20,000 nt of DNA from IMG/VR virus record IMGVR_UViG_3300030110_004015. One strand, written 5' to 3'. Within the stretch, counting starts at the first letter, position 1. Each line of letters begins with the position of its first letter. Origin of the DNA: an uncultured virus (IMG/VR IMGVR_UViG_3300030110_004015) (taxonomy: Duplodnaviria; Heunggongvirae; Uroviricota; Caudoviricetes; Crassvirales). Below are positions 14,182 through 20,000 of this stretch, one piece after another. The notes under the pieces were generated by a model. The model was not told the origin of the DNA and ran no database searches. It saw only the letters and a list, made by a program, of their open reading frames with translations. Position numbers and translations under genes: made by a program.

Positions 14182-16056
14182 TTAAAGGCTTGTTATTTCG
14201 CAAGATCCACCGGCACAAGCCAATTCGCCTGATAGATCAGTGTTGTCAGTTTCTTCCATAACATCTTCTAAATTTATATTGTGTAGTTTAGAAACCAACT
14301 TATCAAACTCTTTTTTAGTTATATCTTCAAAAGGAGCTTGAGTGTATGTTCCACCGTCATAAGGTAGAACGGATAGACCGTTGTAACAGTCTCTATTATC
14401 CCACATCCATTTACCAGCTTTATTCCATTCATCTTCTTTTAAACTAATTGTTGCGGACACGTTGTGGGTGTTAGATCCTTTTCTATGACCTGGTTTAACC
14501 CATTCGGTAGCAACTTTTTTAACTCTTTTAAGTAAGTCAAAAGCAGACTCAGTTCTTAATATAGAACCTTTTGGAGCTGACTGTGGTATTTCTATCACAG
14601 CAGTATCGTGTGGTCTAAAATATTCATCTTCCACTAATTGTGGGTGATTTTGTTTTAAATAATTATATATAGATTCGTTTTTACCTACACGTAATCTACG
14701 TATATAATAATCATTGTGCCAAGCATGTATACCAGAGCTTGTTCCTAAAACTAAAGATGTAGTACCAGCGGGTTTAATACAAGTTGTTCTAGCCGCTTTG
14801 TTTATCCCTATTAGTTTTGCTACTCTTGTGTTTTCTCTTTTCACTGTACTTGCAGCGGCCTTCATATCCAGCGGGAGCACAGCGGCACTCGCGATTCCTG
14901 TCATTGACACACCTATAAGCGCGTCTTTCTCTGTTGTTTCTTGCCATATTTCTCTTAGATAGTGGAATTCCGTATAACCTGCTTGAAGCGTACCAATGAA
15001 GGCGGCAGCTTTAACGCGGGCGTTAAGGTCTTCTTGGTTTGTGACGTCACTTACATTAACTTCGCACAAGTTACAGAACTGATAGGGACGCAAGGCAATC
15101 TCACAACAAGGATTAGTTCCCCAATCTTTATCATGATTAAAGTAGATGCCAGGTTCTCCAGCTCCGGATAATTCAATACGTTTCCACAAATCTAAGAAAA
15201 ACTCTTTAGTAATTTTATGTCTCATTAAAACAGCGGAGTTATTAGCTCTACCACGCTGTGGATTTTCTTCCCACCAACTTCCTGATTTACATGAAATCAT
15301 TTCTTCATCATAAGCTGAAAATAAACTTATTAATGCCGCTCGTCTGATTCCACCAGCGAGTACAGCGTCAGCAATATGACACACAATATCATGGACTTCA
15401 AGAGTAGTAAGCTGTGTTCCATTTTCTTTGTTTTCTAGTATTCCTTTTATTTTTAATAAACATTCTTTTAATGGTTGTGGACCTGGAGCTTTACCGCCTG
15501 AGGTCACAAGCCTTGCTCCCTTTGGTCTAATATCAGAATAATCAAATTTGATCTTAGATGATCTCTTAGAGCCTAAATAAGACTTGATTAAAACCTTTAC
15601 AGCATCAGACCAACCTTCAATTGAATCACCAATAACAAATCTTCTAGTTCGTCCTTCAAATGGTTTTGCTATACATGGTAATTGTTTTACGTGGTGCTGT
15701 TGTACACTATAACCAACACCGCAGCCAGAAAGCAATAAAAACATACACTCGCTAAAACTATCAGTATGATCAATAGGCAAGTAGCTGCAATTATAAAGCC
15801 TATTAGGCGAAATTTCAATTGGCTTCCCGCTAAATTGAAGGGATCGCATAGACGGTAAAACTTTTTTCTTATAGACATATCTGTATGTTTCTTCAATTTG
15901 ATTATATAATTCTGGATATCTTTTTTGGTGCATTTCTTTGTTTCTCGTGACTAGTTCCTCCCAAGTTTCTCTTCTATTTAACTCAGGTATAAACTTAGCA
16001 TACTTCATGTAGACTGTTAAGTCTGAAAGTATTTTTTTATTTACATCACTTTGCAT
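14182..16056 (-). CDS. nrdJ: Class II (adenosylcobalamin-dependent) ribonucleotide reductase
   Basis: RRETWEELV.R, VLPSMRSLQ, LYNCSY, GCGVGYSV, GGIRRAALISL, catalytic TNPCCEI, KPAGTTS and C-terminal CAGGSCEI. No small-subunit gene nearby. Start reassigned to ATG 16056 (624 aa) because the upstream extension is occupied by another ORF. Confidence 0.93.
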   Translation of the reverse strand: MQSDVNKKILSDLTVYMKYAKFIPELNRRETWEELVTRNKEMHQKRYPELYNQIEETYRYVYKKKVLPSMRSLQFSGKPIEISPNRLYNCSYLPIDHTDSFSECMFLLLSGCGVGYSVQQHHVKQLPCIAKPFEGRTRRFVIGDSIEGWSDAVKVLIKSYLGSKRSSKIKFDYSDIRPKGARLVTSGGKAPGPQPLKECLLKIKGILENKENGTQLTTLEVHDIVCHIADAVLAGGIRRAALISLFSAYDEEMISCKSGSWWEENPQRGRANNSAVLMRHKITKEFFLDLWKRIELSGAGEPGIYFNHDKDWGTNPCCEIALRPYQFCNLCEVNVSDVTNQEDLNARVKAAAFIGTLQAGYTEFHYLREIWQETTEKDALIGVSMTGIASAAVLPLDMKAAASTVKRENTRVAKLIGINKAARTTCIKPAGTTSLVLGTSSGIHAWHNDYYIRRLRVGKNESIYNYLKQNHPQLVEDEYFRPHDTAVIEIPQSAPKGSILRTESAFDLLKRVKKVATEWVKPGHRKGSNTHNVSATISLKEDEWNKAGKWMWDNRDCYNGLSVLPYDGGTYTQAPFEDITKKEFDKLVSKLHNINLEDVMEETDNTDLSGELACAGGSCEITSL

Positions 16057-16189
16057 ACGTAGTAAAACACATATCAATAAAAGGAATGTATAACACGTGG
16101 TTTGTTTTTCTTCTTTCTTTATAACTTCTAAATCCCAATAACAGTCCTGGATAAAACCCAAAACTTAATTCCCAATTTTTTATTTTCAT
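16046..16189 (-). CDS. 47-aa hypothetical protein missing from the ORF track
   Basis: Manual translation: MKIKNWELSFGFYPGLLLGFRSYKERRKTNHVLYIPFIDMCFTTYAK*. ATGA overlap with the endonuclease stop and 11-nt overlap with the nrdJ start; it fills the gap exactly. Confidence 0.8.
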   Translation of the reverse strand: MKIKNWELSFGFYPGLLLGFRSYKERRKTNHVLYIPFIDMCFTTYAK

Positions 16190-16644
16190 ATTATTTTTTT
16201 ATTTAAAATTAATTCTACAACCTTATCACATTCCTTTTGGTTTTGAGGTTTATATAAGGTTACATGTTTCATCTTATGATTTACATAATTTTTAAACATT
16301 TTCCATCTTAATGGGAAGCTTTCGTTAGCTCTACCTTTACATTCAATTATAAATGAACTGCTTACAAAGTCTGGTGTATATTTTATAGGTAATATCTTTT
16401 TACAACCTCTGTTGACCATTTGGCCCTTACCATTACTTTGTCTTTCATAACTATCATTATCAAATGTAAAACCTTCTTGTAAAGTAAACGTACACCCTTC
16501 GTAATCAGCGTGTATTTTAGCTTTTTTTAATGCTTGATACATATAACGCTCTAAACCAGAAGCGAACTTGATCCCGTCGAATGTGACTTTTTTTGCTCTA
16601 ACGGGACCACGCTTCTTTTTATATTTCCGCACCATTGTATTCAT
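16186..16644 (-). CDS. PD-(D/E)XK endonuclease (T7 endonuclease I / DUF1064-like, possible resolvase)
   Basis: DGIKFASGLE, KYTPDF and IIECKG motifs. Start may be 16635. Confidence 0.82.
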   Translation of the reverse strand: MNTMVRKYKKKRGPVRAKKVTFDGIKFASGLERYMYQALKKAKIHADYEGCTFTLQEGFTFDNDSYERQSNGKGQMVNRGCKKILPIKYTPDFVSSSFIIECKGRANESFPLRWKMFKNYVNHKMKHVTLYKPQNQKECDKVVELILNKKII

Positions 16645-16939
16645 CTAGTTTAAACTTATCTATTAAAGCTTCTTCAGACAAGTCTTGAAGCTCTTCGCGT
16701 GCTGTTTGTATGTATAACACAGCGTCCATAAGCTCTTCTTGTATATCGTTAAGATATTTTTGAAGACCTTTCATTTTAAACCTGCGCTCATCGTCTAATG
16801 TTGATCCATACTTTTCATAACCAACATCTGATCGTGATACAAACTTATCACAAACGTGTCTAACAACTGGGTCTCTAAATGCGTACTCTTTTCTTGAGTC
16901 GATACCGTCTTTGGCATCCATAATTTCTCTACTGCTCAT
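16619..16939 (-). CDS. Small all-alpha NTP-pyrophosphatase-like (MazG superfamily) protein
   Basis: G-x-x-KYG-x-TL followed by QEELMDAVLY (EExxD acidic metal-binding helix). Confidence 0.6.
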   Translation of the reverse strand: MSSREIMDAKDGIDSRKEYAFRDPVVRHVCDKFVSRSDVGYEKYGSTLDDERRFKMKGLQKYLNDIQEELMDAVLYIQTAREELQDLSEEALIDKFKLDEYNGAEI

Positions 16940-16941
16940 AA

Positions 16942-17760
16942 TTAATCTTTTTTAAATGTTCCATTACTCATTTTACCTGTTCTATTTTTAATTTCATTGT
17001 ATGCTTGTGCTATACACTCTTCAATACTTACACCTTGTAATTCAGCTAAGTTCGTTAATACAACTACACAATCACCTATACCATCAACAACATCATCATG
17101 TTTATTTTTAAGCACAGCTCTACATATTTCACCCGCTTCTTCTAATAGTTTTAGTGTTTGGGTTTTTGTATCTCCTTTGTCATATAATCCTCTATCTTTA
17201 GCCCACATTCTAATTAAATCAAATTGACTAGGTAAACTATTATCTTTTCTACCGTCAGCTCCAACTGGGAATAAACCACCAGTTCTAGGATAAGCATCGT
17301 TATTATCAAACCATCTAGCAAAAGCCTTGTTGTAAACATAAGATCTAGCTTTATTATACATAGACTCTTTAACGTTTTTCATTATCCAAGCTATTGATGT
17401 GTGGGTTAATTTCACATTACCAAATTCAGTCTCCCAGTCCATACCTATATTATCTACAAGATGACCTTTTAGTTTATTAACTGGATATGGAAACGTTGTT
17501 GTTTGTTCTGTTACGTTTATATTCATATTTAAGTTTTTATTTTTATTAAATTTAAGTTCACTATATAATACATCATCTACTTTGTAACCGTAGCATTTTT
17601 GCATTATTCTTTCGCCTAACGATATAAACTCTATATCATCAGACGTTTCTATTATTTCGTATTCACCAGGATAATATCCTTGTTGTTTGTGAACACGCTC
17701 TTCAAGATCAGTCGTTACACCGATCTTTTTTCCTGGTATATGGTATAAGTAATATTTCAT
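16942..17760 (-). CDS. Fusion: degenerate GIY-YIG-like N-terminus, unknown middle domain, C-terminal MazG pyrophosphohydrolase
   Basis: N-terminus YYLYHIPGKKIGVTTDLEERV..Q; C-terminus WAKDRGL...KLLEEAGEI...VDGIGDCVVVL...AYNEIKNRTGK. Confidence 0.8.
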   Translation of the reverse strand: MKYYLYHIPGKKIGVTTDLEERVHKQQGYYPGEYEIIETSDDIEFISLGERIMQKCYGYKVDDVLYSELKFNKNKNLNMNINVTEQTTTFPYPVNKLKGHLVDNIGMDWETEFGNVKLTHTSIAWIMKNVKESMYNKARSYVYNKAFARWFDNNDAYPRTGGLFPVGADGRKDNSLPSQFDLIRMWAKDRGLYDKGDTKTQTLKLLEEAGEICRAVLKNKHDDVVDGIGDCVVVLTNLAELQGVSIEECIAQAYNEIKNRTGKMSNGTFKKD

Positions 17761-18422
17761 AATAAGCCTAGTTTATCGTTATATATATGTAAGTTATGTG
17801 CAAAGTGATAATAACTACCTATATCCATTTTTATTTCTTTAGCTACAAGTTCTTGTAACTTAGAAAATTGATATTGATCGTTACAAAAACCATACCACAA
17901 ATCATTACTACGCATTGTTACACACATGTTTAATCTATTATCTACTATAGTAAATTGAACAGCATACGTACAAGGTGTGTCATACGTATATTTATCTATC
18001 TCTTTACCGTCATATATAGATATAGTAGCTTGCCTAGTATATTTTTCACGTTTTAATAAACTAATAATTTTATCTAATTGTTTATTACGTTGCCATTGAT
18101 AACCATAATTAGAATTAACANNNNNNNNNNCGTCACCATCAGCCATACGTTTCCATATTTCAGGAACTTTACCATATATCTCACCTATTTTAGATATATT
18201 TCTATCACCAGATAAATACCATTGCCATTCGGCTTCGGCATATTCTTTGCTCCACTTACGATTAAAAATGGTTATATCATTTAGCGTTGGTTTGTGTATA
18301 GCAAAACCAATATTAAACAAAGCTTTGGTATCAGCAAAGTCCGCACCGTGTTTACTTATAGTTTTGTAAAAATATTCAAATGCTTCATTAGCATTATAAA
18401 AATCAGTTTCTATATTTGTCAT
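17757..18422 (-). CDS. Thymidylate-synthase-superfamily enzyme, dCMP hydroxymethylase/methylase-like
   Basis: NSNYG, catalytic PC, MRSNDLWYGFCND and NLHIY motifs. Asp at the position of E. coli ThyA Asn177. Spans a 10-N gap. Confidence 0.85.
   Translation of the reverse strand: MTNIETDFYNANEAFEYFYKTISKHGADFADTKALFNIGFAIHKPTLNDITIFNRKWSKEYAEAEWQWYLSGDRNISKIGEIYGKVPEIWKRMADGDXXXXVNSNYGYQWQRNKQLDKIISLLKREKYTRQATISIYDGKEIDKYTYDTPCTYAVQFTIVDNRLNMCVTMRSNDLWYGFCNDQYQFSKLQELVAKEIKMDIGSYYHFAHNLHIYNDKLGLL
18121..18130. other. Assembly/scaffold gap (10 N)
   Basis: Literal Ns in the sequence; true length unknown. Confidence 1.
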
Positions 18423-18669
18423 AATAGTATTTATAATATTCGTAAATTTTATTTAACACCGTCTCATCTTCGTATGTATTAGGATCTGTATATGTGTTCT
18501 TGTTTATCTTTATATCTATCAACCATTTTGTACCGCTGTTTTTCCAATCAGGCATACAGCCAACAGATATATTATTTTCAAGACACCATCCAATTATTTT
18601 CATTTCATTATCTTGATAAGTTCTTGGAGATGGACATCTACCTCGTACTTTTTTAAACTTTTGCCACAT
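18403..18669 (-). CDS. Hypothetical protein (88 aa)
   Basis: Coupled to the primase-helicase stop by TAATG and overlaps the start of the next gene. Confidence 0.75.
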   Translation of the reverse strand: MWQKFKKVRGRCPSPRTYQDNEMKIIGWCLENNISVGCMPDWKNSGTKWLIDIKINKNTYTDPNTYEDETVLNKIYEYYKYYYDKYRN

Positions 18670-20000
18670 TATTCCCAGGGCATTGGTTCACCTTCTTCCA
18701 CCACCGCCTCATGTGGTATGAAAGAGCCAGAGCGTGGTTCCCAGGTAAAATGAGACTCAGCGCCGTTCTCACCGAGGTTTTGGAACTTAACTTTAAGCAC
18801 TTTAACCTTAGTAGTTTTAGCATCGTAATCTCGGTGTACCAATAGTCCGTGGTACGAAGCGTCATACCATTCACCTCCACCTTTAATATTATACATAGTA
18901 GGTTCTTCAATTTTTCCATCTTGTCCTTTATACATTTTAGTTGGATGAGCTACTATAAATACTAGCACATCATATTTTTTACAAAAAGCTTCAATCTTAG
19001 CTAGATAATCCATTGTGTAACGGTTTACATCATCTGATGCTGCGTTTGTGTCTCTGATCTTATTAAACGGATCAATAACTAAACATTTAATACCTTTACG
19101 TTTAACAAGCTCTGCGCCTTTACGTAATACAGATTCTAAACTATATTTATCCATATCAATAAAGAAGTAGTTATCGTTTACGTGGTTTGCTACTTCTTTC
19201 CATTTATCACCGCCAATATCTCCAGCTGATGGCATATCTTGCCACGTTTTACGCATTAACTTATGCGCGTGTAAATATACCGGCTGATTTTCTGGACTAG
19301 CATAAGCAGTTTTCCAACCATAGTTGTTATTGTAACCAATAACCATCTGATCAACAAAATCAGACTTACCAGAGCTAGGAATACCAGTAACAGTAATAAA
19401 CTGACCAGTATAAGTACTAAAAACTTTATCAAAGTTATTAAGTCCAATTTGGAAACCTGGTTTAAAACCATTTTTAACAAAGTCTCTAAGTTCATCTTCT
19501 ACATCTTTTAAGGTTGATACATTTTCTAATGGTACAGGTCGCGCGGTGTGTATAGCATTTCTCAACGCATCCGCACCGTGTTCAAGTAAATAATCATTAG
19601 CATCTTTGTTACCATTAAAATCTATAAGATAACATACTTCAGCGCCAAGACGTCTAACTAACTCTCGTTGCAACATTTGACCAGGCTCATCAGCATCAAC
19701 CGCTAATATAATTCTAGTCTTGTCATCAAAATAATCTATACAGTTATCTAAGTAATCTAGATTATTATTGTTTAATGTGGCACCGTTAGGTACTGATATT
19801 GCGTTTGGTACACCAGCTTCATGTAATGCTAATACATCCATTTCACCTTCAACTATAACACAAGTATCATAACCTACAATACTGTTAATATTATAAAATA
19901 CTTTTTCAGCGCCTTTATAAAGCTTAAAGTTTTTTCTACCATCTCTATATTTTACATTGATCAATTGATCACCCATAAAATAATTAAACTGAATAGTATT
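18669..20000 (-). CDS. Twinkle/T7 gp4-like primase-helicase (TOPRIM + SF4 helicase), 5'-truncated
   Basis: TOPRIM motifs IVEGEMDVLAL, AVDADEPG, KDAND; Walker A GIPSSGKS; LVIDP; VAHPTK; KVKFQ. The frame stays open to base 20000. Confidence 0.95.
   Translation of the reverse strand, partial: NTIQFNYFMGDQLINVKYRDGRKNFKLYKGAEKVFYNINSIVGYDTCVIVEGEMDVLALHEAGVPNAISVPNGATLNNNNLDYLDNCIDYFDDKTRIILAVDADEPGQMLQRELVRRLGAEVCYLIDFNGNKDANDYLLEHGADALRNAIHTARPVPLENVSTLKDVEDELRDFVKNGFKPGFQIGLNNFDKVFSTYTGQFITVTGIPSSGKSDFVDQMVIGYNNNYGWKTAYASPENQPVYLHAHKLMRKTWQDMPSAGDIGGDKWKEVANHVNDNYFFIDMDKYSLESVLRKGAELVKRKGIKCLVIDPFNKIRDTNAASDDVNRYTMDYLAKIEAFCKKYDVLVFIVAHPTKMYKGQDGKIEEPTMYNIKGGGEWYDASYHGLLVHRDYDAKTTKVKVLKVKFQNLGENGAESHFTWEPRSGSFIPHEAVVEEGEPMPWE

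Noticed and set aside
16057..16161. N-terminal extension of NrdJ given in the ORF track
   Set aside because: It needs a TTG start and overlaps a better-coupled 47-aa ORF in another frame. Similar over-extensions were rejected at 4038-4076 and 14168-14218.
18121..18130. Insertion or frameshift in the TS-family gene
   Set aside because: Ten Ns are an assembly placeholder. Both flanks are in a compatible frame and continue the same domain.
1..20000. Stop-codon reassignment, tRNA genes, integrase or transposase
   Set aside because: Genes tile densely under the standard code with TAA, TGA and TAG all used as stops. Intergenic gaps are too short for RNA genes, and no mobile-element motifs were seen.

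Overview
AT-rich, gene-dense segment of a tailed dsDNA phage genome, most likely infecting Bacteroidota/Flavobacteria. The host call rests on A-rich leaders without Shine-Dalgarno motifs, signal peptides followed by Gln, and a T9SS-like C-terminal tail. Two gene blocks converge on a bidirectional terminator at ~13437-13470. The + strand (1-13417) is a late/structural-type block: the C-terminal part of a giant multidomain protein (P-loop kinase nested inside a HAD phosphatase, two C-terminal CCCH fingers), an envelope cluster (outer-membrane barrel, membrane-anchored coiled coil, exported thioredoxin fold lacking CxxC), a basic modular protein, a PAP2 phosphatase, a Cys-repeat protein with a T9SS-like tail, 3-4 tandem small paralogs, an M15 peptidase/endolysin and tail-fibre-like genes. 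The - strand (20000-13484) is a replication/nucleotide block: Twinkle-like primase-helicase, a thymidylate-synthase-family enzyme with the dCMP-type Asp, two all-alpha NTP pyrophosphatases, a PD-(D/E)XK endonuclease, an unlisted 47-aa ORF, class II RNR (nrdJ), a small outer-membrane barrel and a small membrane protein. Best leads: a phage-encoded host-envelope remodelling set, a probable cytosine-modification pathway, and the nested kinase/phosphatase module. All calls come from motif recognition; no searches were run.
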